Assembly: GCA_016699465.1 (NCBI GenBank)
Contig: CP064977.1
Coordinates: 138,096-202,095, forward strand
Direction: 5' to 3'
Origin: Candidatus Campbellbacteria bacterium
GTDB taxonomy: Bacteria; Patescibacteriota; Minisyncoccia; Phycocordibacterales; EsbW-18
DNA length: 64,000 nt
Shown here: one piece after another, positions 1-8,535 of the stretch
How the letters are laid out: each line of letters begins with the position of its first letter
How positions within the stretch are numbered: the first letter of the stretch is position 1
Notes under the pieces: model-generated
Told to the model about the DNA's origin: nothing
Seen by the model: the letters and a program-made list of their open reading frames with translations, nothing else
Database searches by the model: none
Program-made: the position numbers and the translations under genes

Positions 1-51
1 TTGAAAGCCGCCAACTAGTCCGTCCCCGTCCGTTCTTCCAACCCACTCTCG

Positions 52-87
52 CCCGCCGGCATCTCACCGGCGGGCATTGTATTTTGC
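52..87 (+). terminator. GC hairpin (cccgccgg/ccggcggg) followed by a T-rich tract; probable rho-independent terminator of a + strand gene upstream of the window
   Basis: 8-bp perfect inverted repeat with a 7-nt loop, then cattgtattttgc. Confidence 0.45.
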
Positions 88-95
88 TTGTCTAC

Positions 96-122
96 CTATC
101 CCACAGAAAGTTGTTGCCGAAG
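96..122 (-). repeat. 27-bp direct repeat reproducing the metK 3' end (reverse complement encodes FGNNFLWDR plus stop); copy 1 of the islet-flanking repeat
   Basis: ctatcccacagaaagttgttgccgaag matches 1474-1500 with one mismatch. Confidence 0.7.
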
Positions 123-217
123 ATTTATTTTAGTATCTCTTCAGGAATTGAAAAGGGGCGCCGCACACCGAAGTGTTTGGCGTCCCTTGAGAGCAGTTAC
201 CGACGTTGTGGTGTTGC

Positions 218-877
218 TTAGTCGTCGGCTTCGCTCATGATGCGCAGCAGGTCGAGGAACAAGTTGATGATGTCGAGGTAGAGCGACACCGCGACGTCGA
301 CGGCGTTGTCGAGTGTTGCCGGAATCTCGCTTGCTCGGTACATGTCGTAGCCGATGTAGAGCGAGAAGATGCCGGCGCTGATGTAGTCGATGATGCCGAC
401 GCCCTGAATCGCAGGGATGAAGATTCGAGCGAACGACACGACCACCAGGGCTAGCAGTGCCCCGAACAACGCGCCGCCGATGGAGCGGTAGAAGTTCGGA
501 AACAACAAGCCGGTGATGGCCATCACGATGGTCACCAATCCGGTCATCGTCGCCGCTCGTTCCACCAGACCCGGATGTAACTTGGTGTACATCGCGAGCA
601 GTGGCCCGATGATGGCGGAGATACCGCCGACCACGAGGTTGAACCCGACGAACGAGATGAGCGGGTTGTCGCTCTTCGCCGACATGAAAATCCCGACGAT
701 CGGAATCCCCAGACCGACGAGGAGTAGGGTGACGATGTTCGGCGTCCATCCAGCCGTCGTCTTGGCGATCAAGGTCGTGAAGGTAAACCCCCACGCCAAG
801 ATGGCGCCGAGAACGAAGTAGAACGCGCCGCGCGTCATCGTGTCTCCACCACTGCGGTTCCACACTGTCGATTCCAT
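218..877 (-). CDS. Bax-inhibitor-1/YccA family integral membrane protein (7 TM); the gene is markedly GC-rich relative to the rest of the window
   Basis: Hydrophobic multi-helix translation and acidic C-terminus typical of BI-1/YccA; the off-frame translation is Arg-rich nonsense typical of high GC; good ORF length. Confidence 0.55.
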   Translation of the reverse strand: MESTVWNRSGGDTMTRGAFYFVLGAILAWGFTFTTLIAKTTAGWTPNIVTLLLVGLGIPIVGIFMSAKSDNPLISFVGFNLVVGGISAIIGPLLAMYTKLHPGLVERAATMTGLVTIVMAITGLLFPNFYRSIGGALFGALLALVVVSFARIFIPAIQGVGIIDYISAGIFSLYIGYDMYRASEIPATLDNAVDVAVSLYLDIINLFLDLLRIMSEADD

Positions 878-981
878 CTTTCCTGCTCTCCTCTCTTGTG
901 CGTCTCCACATCACCACGATATGGAGGTATGTCTGGAAAAAATAATAACCGTTTATTTATGTTTTGTCAATCCTGTTCTCT

Positions 982-1386
982 CTACACCCTCTCGTTGGGT
1001 TGGAGGATGCTGAGGCGGTTGCCTTCGGTGTCGGTAAACGCAACAAATTTTCCAACGCCGGGAATGTCGACTGGAAATCCGTGAATTACTCCACCGTTTG
1101 CTTTCACACGCTCCATACCCTCTTCAATATTGGGAACTGCTATAACGACTGAGGGATGTTGTGCTTCAGGTTCAACGACGTGCTTTTGATAGAAGCCACC
1201 ATTGATGGTGCCTGGCGTTTTGACCATGCGGTTCTCATCAGTCTCCGTTGTGGTAACGGTGATGTAATCCCCCATCTCAGCTCCGAGTTGGTGTGTTTGC
1301 CAACCGAACGTTTTCTCATAAAAGGAGCGCATACGCTCTCGGTCTTCTGCGGGTAATTCAAAATGTACAACAGGATTTGGTTTCAT
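982..1386 (-). CDS. VOC/glyoxalase-bleomycin-resistance family protein
   Basis: 134-aa ORF of the size and general composition of the VOC/glyoxalase fold. Confidence 0.5.
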   Translation of the reverse strand: MKPNPVVHFELPAEDRERMRSFYEKTFGWQTHQLGAEMGDYITVTTTETDENRMVKTPGTINGGFYQKHVVEPEAQHPSVVIAVPNIEEGMERVKANGGVIHGFPVDIPGVGKFVAFTDTEGNRLSILQPNERV

Positions 1387-1469
1387 ATGTGATTGAGTAC
1401 AATCATGCCGTGAGGCCGATTTAGCAAAATGTATTTACTTCTAAAGCATTAAGTATACCATTTGCACAC

Positions 1470-2561
1470 TTATCTATCCCACAGAAAGTTATTGCCGAAG
1501 TGGCCGTACTTGGCTGTCTCGCGGAATTGGGGCTTCCTCAAATCAAGTGCCTCAATAATCGCACGAGGTCGCAAATCGTATCCAGTAATTTTTTCTTGCA
1601 CGCCGTCAATCATCGCAACTGCCATCAAAGGTTCAGCAACTCCTATCGCATACGCAATGTGCACAAATACTTCCTGCGCACCACGCTCTCGCAGATAGTC
1701 ACAGGCAATTTTGCGTGCAATGTATGCTCCACTCCGGTCTACTTTTGTTGCATCTTTTCCTGAGAACGCTCCACCACCCACAGGAATAGAAGGTCCGTAG
1801 GTATCCACAGCAATTTTGCGTCCTGTGAGTCCTGTGTCGGCATCAAATCCGCCGATGGTCCACGCGCCGTTTGGATTGCGCATCCAGACGTCCTCAATTG
1901 TTTTTCCCTCGGGTAGAAACGGCGTTACTTCTTGCGCCACAACTTCTTCAAGCACCACGTCACTCATATCTCCGCTCTCGCACAAGGACGTGAGGACGCA
2001 CGAGACTTTCCCATTTTCAACAGTCACTTGTGCTTTGCCATCATGCTTCCCCATCGCACGCACTAATGTTCGTGAGAGCACGACAGGCAACGGCATGAGT
2101 TCGGGTGTTTCAGCGGTTGCGTAGCCCACCATGATTCCTTGATCACCTGCGCCGTCATGGTCAACACCCCGACCAATTTCAGGACTCTGCGCCACAATGT
2201 TCACCGTGATACCAATAGGTGTGTCATATCCGCAGTCGCGGTACACATCCTGCGCTATTTTGCGGAAGTTAACGTGTGCGGTTGTGGTTACTTCTCCTGT
2301 AACGGTAATGAGCCCATGTCCGCCAACTGTTTCAACGGCAACACGTGCATGAGGGTCTTGTTCAAGACATGCGTCTAAAATGGCGTCTGATATTTGGTCG
2401 CACACTTTGTCAGGATGCGCGAGTGTCACCGCTTCTGCTGTTTGCATGGAAAGGGTTGGTTTTTCTAACACTCCTTTATCAACTAAGTGCCCGGTCATTT
2501 CTTCAACAATTTGTTCCTTTGATTTCCCTTGTGTGGAAATAAGTGCAATAAGTTTTTTCAT
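1470..2561 (-). CDS. metK: S-adenosylmethionine synthetase; an alternative start at 2447 would remove a 38-aa N-terminal extension
   Basis: AHPDKVCDQISDAILD N-terminal motif, GGGAFSGKDATKVDRSGAY P-loop-like motif, C-terminal HFGNNFLW. Confidence 0.9.
   Translation of the reverse strand: MKKLIALISTQGKSKEQIVEEMTGHLVDKGVLEKPTLSMQTAEAVTLAHPDKVCDQISDAILDACLEQDPHARVAVETVGGHGLITVTGEVTTTAHVNFRKIAQDVYRDCGYDTPIGITVNIVAQSPEIGRGVDHDGAGDQGIMVGYATAETPELMPLPVVLSRTLVRAMGKHDGKAQVTVENGKVSCVLTSLCESGDMSDVVLEEVVAQEVTPFLPEGKTIEDVWMRNPNGAWTIGGFDADTGLTGRKIAVDTYGPSIPVGGGAFSGKDATKVDRSGAYIARKIACDYLRERGAQEVFVHIAYAIGVAEPLMAVAMIDGVQEKITGYDLRPRAIIEALDLRKPQFRETAKYGHFGNNFLWDR
1474..1500 (-). repeat. Copy 2 of the 27-bp direct repeat; the genuine 3' end of metK
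   Basis: ctatcccacagaaagttattgccgaag. Confidence 0.7.
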
Positions 2562-2587
2562 AAAAAAATTCCTCTAATAAGAGGAAA
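2562..2587 (-). terminator. Leader terminator hairpin (ttcctct/agaggaa) plus U7 immediately 5' of the metK start codon; expression platform of the putative riboswitch
   Basis: Perfect 7-bp stem with a 4-nt loop, followed on the minus strand by TTTTTTT and then ATG. Confidence 0.55.
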
Positions 2588-2722
2588 GATTTTTTGCGGG
2601 GACGAGGCGCAAACATATCTTTCCTGACAGCTTCCACTGTCGGTTGGACGGAGCACCTTGCTTTTGCAGGTTGCTGACGGGTCATAGAGCCAATTCTCTC
2701 GCCGTCTCTTCATACAACTATT
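2588..2722 (-). promoter_or_regulatory. Candidate SAM-I (S-box) riboswitch aptamer in the metK leader
   Basis: The minus-strand sequence AAGAGACGGCGAGAGAAUUGGCUCUAUGACCCGUCAGCAACC ... AGGUGCUCCGUCC ... GACAGUGGAAGCUGUC resembles the S-box core (AAGAGnGGnGGAGGGAnUGGCCCnAUGAnnCCnGGCAACC, GGUGCnAAnUCC, GCAGnGGAAnCUGC). GGAAAGAU can pair with AUCUUUCC as an antiterminator. Confidence 0.5.
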
Positions 2723-2832
2723 TAGTTGTGGCTATACGATACCATAAATAACAACGCTTAAAAAGCCTCTGGCTATGCCATTTTTGTTGTCCACTTTGAG
2801 GAGTATGAGGGTAGGAGTACTCTTAATCGCAT

Positions 2833-3261
2833 ATGAAAAATAATCAAATAGAGCTTATTGCTCGGGCGGTTATTATCGACAAAGATAAAATGTTACTTTG
2901 TGAAAACAAGAAAAGAGGTCACTACTTTTTACCGGGTGGACATGTAGAATTTGGAGAAGGTGTATCAGACGCCCTTACGAGAGAAATGAATGAAGAACTT
3001 GGTGTTTCAGGAGTAGTCCAAGAACTAATCGGGGTTTTAGAAAATACATTTACCATTGACGAAGAGGTTCACCACGAATTCAATATGATATTTTTGGCAA
3101 CACTTTCGAAGACTGATGTTGTTTCGCAAGAAGACCACATTGAGTTTCATTGGGTAGAGCAAAAAGATGTATCAGGAACACCTCTACTTCCAAAAGAACT
3201 CCACACCTTGATACCGCAATGGTTTAAGGACAAAAAAGTATTTTTTGAATCTAATTTTTAA
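2833..3261 (+). CDS. NUDIX hydrolase
   Basis: Nudix box GGHVEFGEGVSDALTREMNEELGV. Confidence 0.8.
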   Translation: MKNNQIELIARAVIIDKDKMLLCENKKRGHYFLPGGHVEFGEGVSDALTREMNEELGVSGVVQELIGVLENTFTIDEEVHHEFNMIFLATLSKTDVVSQEDHIEFHWVEQKDVSGTPLLPKELHTLIPQWFKDKKVFFESNF

Positions 3262-3301
3262 TCCCTAACAAACATAAAAAGGTGTTTGACCGTGCCGTTT
3301 T

Positions 3302-3676
3302 TTAATCTACATGAATGTGGAGTTTCTTTTCTTTTATTTTTGATGCTTCTGCCAACGCCTCAGAGATTTCTTTTAAGTGTAGGCGTATCATTTCATTTGG
3401 AATGTGCATGGTATTGTAACCTTTTTTGTGAGAGAAATACCCTCTGCCCAGATCCTTCAAGATTTGATGGGGGTTTGTAAGGTGTTGGATTCCGTCAACT
3501 TCAACGTTTATTTTTGCGTCAGGGATTCCAAGGTCAATGTGTTTGTGACCGTCATAGGGTTCAACTAAAACCCTTACTCCATGCTTTTCGAGGGCTTCCT
3601 TCAAATCTTTCGCCTCTTTTGTTGGAGCTCGATATTTTTTTATTATTTTTAATGTCTTTTCTGCAGTTTCTTCCAT
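3302..3676 (-). CDS. DUF559/Vsr-like endonuclease-domain protein (short)
   Basis: INVEVDGIQH ... GRGYFSHKKGYNTMHIPNEMI resembles the DUF559 (very-short-patch-repair-like) core. Confidence 0.4.
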   Translation of the reverse strand: MEETAEKTLKIIKKYRAPTKEAKDLKEALEKHGVRVLVEPYDGHKHIDLGIPDAKINVEVDGIQHLTNPHQILKDLGRGYFSHKKGYNTMHIPNEMIRLHLKEISEALAEASKIKEKKLHIHVD

Positions 3677-3758
3677 ATGAATATTTTAGCATTTTCACAA
3701 AAGAAAAGGAGTATAATATAGGTATATAGCAGAGGGTCGTCGACTCACTAAAAAGCTA

Positions 3759-3968
3759 TTGAACATAGAAAGTTATATGGGTAGACCAAAAATTATCATC
3801 AAACCTTCAAAAAACAATCAAAGGGTGATTAGTGTTGTGGGTGGAAACGGTGAAAAACTTTTGACGAGCGAGACACTGAAAAGTGACCAGGCAGTCAAGG
3901 TATCTCTCGCAGCCATAAAGAAAGCGGTTCCAAATGGGGTGGTTGTGGATAAAACCAAAAAAAAGTAG
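3759..3968 (+). CDS. DUF1508 (YegP-like) small protein
   Basis: 69 aa; KIIIKPSKNNQRVISVVGGNGEKLLTSETLKSDQAVKVSLAAIKKAVPN fits the YegP/DUF1508 repeat pattern. Confidence 0.5.
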   Translation: MNIESYMGRPKIIIKPSKNNQRVISVVGGNGEKLLTSETLKSDQAVKVSLAAIKKAVPNGVVVDKTKKK

Positions 3969-4071
3969 GTCACTGAGCAAACGTGCTGGTTTAGTGAGTA
4001 CTTGAGGAGAAGGAGAATTGATTGAGTTGTAGCCACTCTCCAATGGGGCATGAAAAGCACACCTCGCTTAT

Positions 4072-4096
4072 CAAAAACCACCCAATGGGTGGTTTT
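4072..4096. terminator. Bidirectional rho-independent terminator between the DUF1508 gene (+) and hsdS (-)
   Basis: aaaaaccaccca/tgggtggttttt perfect hairpin flanked by an A-run and a T-run. Confidence 0.7.
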
Positions 4097-4132
4097 TGAA
4101 ACTATAGAAAAGATGCCTGACCACATTTCCCC

Positions 4133-5548
4133 CTAGGACAAGTATTTGAGGGCAGACTGCTCGTCTTTTTCAACAAAGATTTCAACGGCTCGCTTTGCCT
4201 TTTTAAGTAGGTTCTTTGCTTCTTTTCGTAGTCGCAAAGCTTCCAGTACTTTGTCTGCAAGTTCTTCTTGCTTCTTTTCTGACAACATCGGGATTTTGAC
4301 TTGCAAAGCACTTTCTGGCTTCAAATGGGCGATAACTGCACCACCTGACATACGTTCAATCTGGGCTTTGCAATAAAAAGAGTTGAGGACTAATGCAAGA
4401 TAGTTATTGTTTATCTTTACCTTCGGCTTGAGGCGTAGAAATGCACCGCTTACAATCGCATCAACGTCCTCACTGAGAGCAAACGAGATGCCGATTGTAC
4501 CGTCTTTTGTGAACAACACGTCGCCCTTCTTCGGTTTGTAGTTATTCTTCAACCCTTCGTAAAGTTCTTCTGAGATTTTTCTTTCAACATCTTCAATGCC
4601 GTAGATAGTGAAATCGGAAACACGCACAAAATCTTTTCCTTCTTCTGCGTATGCTTCGCTTCCAACTTCAACACCTTTCTTTATTGACACAATATCGCCA
4701 AGTTTTTCTTGTGGGATAGATGACACCTTTTTCACTATCTCATCGTATTTTGGTTGCCAATACTCGGCATCAAATCGGTTATCTACAAGACAATCACTGA
4801 AGTTTCGGACCGAGATTGCTTCTTCAGTTCCTTTGTATCCTTTAAGGTTTATTTCTTTGAGAAGCATCTGCTCGGCCTCATCGTACCTTTCTTTTGAGAG
4901 AAGAAGCTTCGTATGTAGGGTATCTAATGCATCTCGGAGCTTATTTTTTAGCCCCTCAGCAGCTTCTGGCATAAGCACACTCTCAATATCAGAAACATTC
5001 AACTTTAGTTGAACATTTCCACTTGCCATACGAAAGATTTGCTTCTGTCCAAAATCTGACAACAAAAAGAAAGCGATGTATGCCTTGTCTATTTCATCGG
5101 TCTTTGCAGAAAACGCTAGACCTATATTGTTCTCGCTTATCGCAACTTTTCCGATTTCCTTAGTGATGATACTTAGACGACCTACGGTGCCGATTTTTGA
5201 AAAAACGATGTCGCCAACTGAAAGCTGGTACTTTTTGAGTTTTGTAAAATTGTCATCGCTAACAAATACCATTTGTTCTTTATCAAGAAAGATGTCTTTG
5301 ATGTCTGAAATACGAACAAAGGGGTATCCTTCGGTAAGATAACTCTCACTCTTGAAGAAAGACCCAAACGGTCCACTGAAAACCCTTACATCGTAAACAC
5401 CTTTGATTGTCCGTGCTTTCTTCTTTACGAGAGTTTCAATCTTGTTCAGATAGACGGGGTCGTAATACTCGGCATCCAAACGCCTATCAGCCTGAGCCCT
5501 GCTTAGATTAATGATTGAAAACGATGCTGTTTGTAAGTTTGGTTGCAT
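4133..5548 (-). CDS. hsdS: Type I restriction-modification specificity subunit
   Basis: Two target-recognition-domain halves each preceded by an (R/F)xDAEYY-type conserved motif; 471 aa; 2-nt gap to hsdM. Confidence 0.85.
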   Translation of the reverse strand: MQPNLQTASFSIINLSRAQADRRLDAEYYDPVYLNKIETLVKKKARTIKGVYDVRVFSGPFGSFFKSESYLTEGYPFVRISDIKDIFLDKEQMVFVSDDNFTKLKKYQLSVGDIVFSKIGTVGRLSIITKEIGKVAISENNIGLAFSAKTDEIDKAYIAFFLLSDFGQKQIFRMASGNVQLKLNVSDIESVLMPEAAEGLKNKLRDALDTLHTKLLLSKERYDEAEQMLLKEINLKGYKGTEEAISVRNFSDCLVDNRFDAEYWQPKYDEIVKKVSSIPQEKLGDIVSIKKGVEVGSEAYAEEGKDFVRVSDFTIYGIEDVERKISEELYEGLKNNYKPKKGDVLFTKDGTIGISFALSEDVDAIVSGAFLRLKPKVKINNNYLALVLNSFYCKAQIERMSGGAVIAHLKPESALQVKIPMLSEKKQEELADKVLEALRLRKEAKNLLKKAKRAVEIFVEKDEQSALKYLS

Positions 5549-5550
5549 GG

Positions 5551-7476
5551 TTATTTCAGAAAGCCAAGACCTTGCTCTTTACCCCAAGCGACAAACGCTT
5601 CAGCTATTTCGTCAAGGTCGCTTAGATATTTAGGATTACCGTCTGCATCTTTCACAATTTGACCTTCTTTGTCCTTCTCAAAAATATAATCGCCACTGTT
5701 GTTTTTGAAGGATTGCTTTTGAGTAGCAAAGAAAATCGGATAGTCGGCTACCTTCGGGCTACCGCTCTTATCAAGTTCTTCCTCGGTCCATTTTTGCAAG
5801 AAGATGATTGAGGTCTTTGTTCCTGTGTGTGGCTTGAACGAGTTTCCGTGAAGTCCTACGACCGCAAGGATGCGTGCCTTCTGCATTATGTGTTTACGCA
5901 CATATTCTTGGCTCGTGTTGTTGAAGATGCCTTGAGGTAAAACAACCGCCAAGCGACCGCCTGCCTTTACGAAATCAAGGTTGCGTTCAATGAAGAGCAG
6001 GTGTCGCTCAACCTTGTTTTGAAGTTTGCCTTTAGCGTTCTTTCCAAGCACATACTGAGCCAAGAGATGCTTCTCTTTGATTTCACCTGCAAAAGGCGGG
6101 TTGGCAAGAAGTATGTCAAAGCCGAGATGTTGAAGTGTGCTTTGGTTATGTCGGTTCGTTTCAAAGTCGGCAAACTCACGGACCAGTTTGAGGTCTGAAA
6201 GTTCGCTCTTGAAACGGTCGGACCATTCTCGTGTGTCAAGCGATGATGACTTGAAGATGTGGCTTTTACCATCGCCTGCGATGAGCATAATGGCACGGCT
6301 GATTTTGGTTGATTTCTCGTCAAAATCTATGCCCCAAAGATACCTGCTTGCGTATTCTTTGCGTGCTTCCATGGTAGGTAGGTTTTTCCAAACGTACTGC
6401 ATGGCGTGGACCAAAAACCCTGCACTACCGCACGCTGTATCTATTACATACTCTTTCTTTTGTGGGTTGAGCATCTGCACACACATATCAATCACAACAC
6501 GAGGTGTGAAGTATTGACCTTTCTTTCCTTTGGCTACATCAGGGAGTAGGTACTCAAACGCTTCATCAATAATGCGTAGATTTGCACCGAACAAGCGGAC
6601 ATCTTGAAGTTCGCCAACGCACACAGAAAGATGCTCAGGACTGAGTTTTATTTCTGTGTTTTTTTCAAAAACATCAGACCACTCTGCTTTTGCTTCTTCA
6701 AAGAGTCCATCAATGATACGTTTTGTTTCTTCAGGTTTTCCTGTCGGACTCTTTCGGAAATGTAGCTCTTCATTCGGTCGGCTCAACGCTTCCTTCTCAT
6801 CATAAAGCTTGACGTAGATGAGTTTGAAGATTTCGTCAAAACTGTCGTTTCCTGAGTTTGCAAGCACGAGCTCTTCAAGGGTCTTGATTGTTTCCTTCAA
6901 GTCATCTTCTCGTAGGTCCTTCAGGGTCTTACGCTTTGCGAGCACATCTTCAACCTCTTCATCTGAAGCAGGGATGTCATCCAGCGTGTCATCAAAATCC
7001 TTCGGGTAGGGACGATAGAGGATGAGGCGTGTCTTACCGTTTACTGCAACGCCTACAGGAGCACCTTCAGCATTGAGATACGACTTCAATTGTTGAACAT
7101 CATTCTCTTCATTGGGAGCTTTTACCTCAATAATGATTTTTGGGGTAATGCCGTCTGGTCGGTACACAACAATGTCAGCACGTTTTATCTCACGTCCAAA
7201 ATTGACGTGCTTTTCAAGTTCAATGAGGTCTTTAGGGTATTTGTAGTGTTTTGTGAGCTTTACAAGATAGAGTTGTCGGACGATTTCTTCAGGTGCACAT
7301 TTTCCTGTCTTGGCATTGTAGACAAGCTTCTCTTCATCCAGCTTTGAAATAGCTTTGATGTAGAACTTACCCTCGTCTTTTTCGTAAATGTCTATCTTGG
7401 ACAAATCATCAAACATCAATAGGTCTTGTTCAGGATTTTTGAAGATTTTATTTAGGATTTGTTGTGTTGTGTTCAT
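5551..7476 (-). CDS. hsdM: Type I R-M N6-adenine DNA methyltransferase subunit with an N-terminal HsdR_N-like domain
   Basis: TPRVVIDMCVQML ... DTACGSAGFL (AdoMet site) and LLANPPFAGE (NPPF motif). The N-terminal ~130 aa (KRADIVVYRPDG ... IIIEVKAP) resembles the type I restriction enzyme R-protein N-terminal domain. Confidence 0.8.
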   Translation of the reverse strand: MNTTQQILNKIFKNPEQDLLMFDDLSKIDIYEKDEGKFYIKAISKLDEEKLVYNAKTGKCAPEEIVRQLYLVKLTKHYKYPKDLIELEKHVNFGREIKRADIVVYRPDGITPKIIIEVKAPNEENDVQQLKSYLNAEGAPVGVAVNGKTRLILYRPYPKDFDDTLDDIPASDEEVEDVLAKRKTLKDLREDDLKETIKTLEELVLANSGNDSFDEIFKLIYVKLYDEKEALSRPNEELHFRKSPTGKPEETKRIIDGLFEEAKAEWSDVFEKNTEIKLSPEHLSVCVGELQDVRLFGANLRIIDEAFEYLLPDVAKGKKGQYFTPRVVIDMCVQMLNPQKKEYVIDTACGSAGFLVHAMQYVWKNLPTMEARKEYASRYLWGIDFDEKSTKISRAIMLIAGDGKSHIFKSSSLDTREWSDRFKSELSDLKLVREFADFETNRHNQSTLQHLGFDILLANPPFAGEIKEKHLLAQYVLGKNAKGKLQNKVERHLLFIERNLDFVKAGGRLAVVLPQGIFNNTSQEYVRKHIMQKARILAVVGLHGNSFKPHTGTKTSIIFLQKWTEEELDKSGSPKVADYPIFFATQKQSFKNNSGDYIFEKDKEGQIVKDADGNPKYLSDLDEIAEAFVAWGKEQGLGFLK

Positions 7477-7602
7477 ATATGTTTCTAAACAATATCACTA
7501 TTTAACCCCTTTTTGAACCACATGCAAAAACATACCTTGAAAAGGGTATAATTTTTGTCAACAAAAGGTTTTTTTTACTACTTCCACTCGGAAGTTGATT
7601 GT

Positions 7603-7941
7603 CTATTTACTTGGAAATAGGTGTTTTACAGCAACCTGTATCATATAAGTAATTTGACTTAAGGTTGCCGCTACCAGCAATTTGAAGCTCCACTCTTCTA
7701 ACGCAAAACCTTTAAAAAACACTGCTTGAAAATATGAAAAGATAAATACGGCTGCCGTTTCAAGTGCTAAAAAACCAAACAAGACACTCAGTGTTAGCCT
7801 TTTTAATGCAATATCTTGTTCAAGTGCGTCATTCTCTAATTTTTTCTTCCGGACATCCTCATTAATTTTTGTTCGCTTACCTCCTTGGAATGGCTCAAAA
7901 TCTTTCAGGTCAAAAACTATTTGTCTTAAATCTTTATCCAT
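7603..7941 (-). CDS. Small hypothetical protein with a charged N-terminus and two C-terminal TM helices, cotranscribed with ImmA and hsdMS
   Basis: 112-aa ORF, 4-nt gap to the upstream ImmA gene, hydrophobic segments LTLSVLFGFLALETAAVFIFSYF and FKLLVAATLSQITYMIQV. Confidence 0.4.
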   Translation of the reverse strand: MDKDLRQIVFDLKDFEPFQGGKRTKINEDVRKKKLENDALEQDIALKRLTLSVLFGFLALETAAVFIFSYFQAVFFKGFALEEWSFKLLVAATLSQITYMIQVAVKHLFPSK

Positions 7942-7945
7942 AACA

Positions 7946-8476
7946 TTATATTAATTTCAACCTTTCCAGTCTGATACTCATTGCAGAGATAGAAACATTA
8001 AAAATTTTTGCACACTCCTCTACATCTTTGAGGGTTGTCCATGCATCTTGAACCAATTTTGTTGGCATTATTAATGCAGCCGCAAAGTTATTTGCCTCAG
8101 TTTCAATTTTTGTAGTTGCAGCTGCATCCAAGCGAAATAGCGCATTGGATCCGTCCAAAGAGTTTTCTCCAATATCTACCAATAAATTATCATTGGTTTT
8201 AATTTCATCTTTATGCAAAAAGTAGTGCCCTATTTCATGAGCTATGGTGAAATTTTGTCTTGTTGCTGGTTTGTTTTTGTTGACGATAATCCTGAACTTT
8301 TCTTCAGTTGTTAAAAAGATGATTGCACCAGAAATTCCATGGTCAAATTCAGCCAGAACAATTTCCAAGTCACCTTTGTCACCAGTAATTCTTTCATATG
8401 GAAAAGGCGATAATCCTAGTGGATTATACTTAGCAGCTAGATCTTCAGCATATGCACAAATCTCCTCTTTGGTCAT
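7946..8476 (-). CDS. ImmA/IrrE family zinc metallopeptidase (DUF955)
   Basis: HEIGHYFLH HEXXH motif in the ImmA/IrrE context. Confidence 0.7.
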   Translation of the reverse strand: MTKEEICAYAEDLAAKYNPLGLSPFPYERITGDKGDLEIVLAEFDHGISGAIIFLTTEEKFRIIVNKNKPATRQNFTIAHEIGHYFLHKDEIKTNDNLLVDIGENSLDGSNALFRLDAAATTKIETEANNFAAALIMPTKLVQDAWTTLKDVEECAKIFNVSISAMSIRLERLKLI

Positions 8477-8535
8477 AGTTATTTAACATACTAATTATAT
8501 CTCTGATTTGGTGCAAATCCAAAAAATTGGCAACA

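Noticed and set aside
141-917. 258-aa Arg-rich ORF overlapping the BI-1 gene in another frame
   Set aside because: Arg/His-rich low-complexity translation typical of an off-frame read through high-GC coding DNA. The membrane-protein frame is the biologically plausible one.
7477-7602. Sigma-70 promoter for the hsdM operon (TTGACA on the minus strand at ~7555)
   Set aside because: A perfect -35 hexamer is present but no acceptable -10 at 16-18 nt spacing, so it is too uncertain to call.
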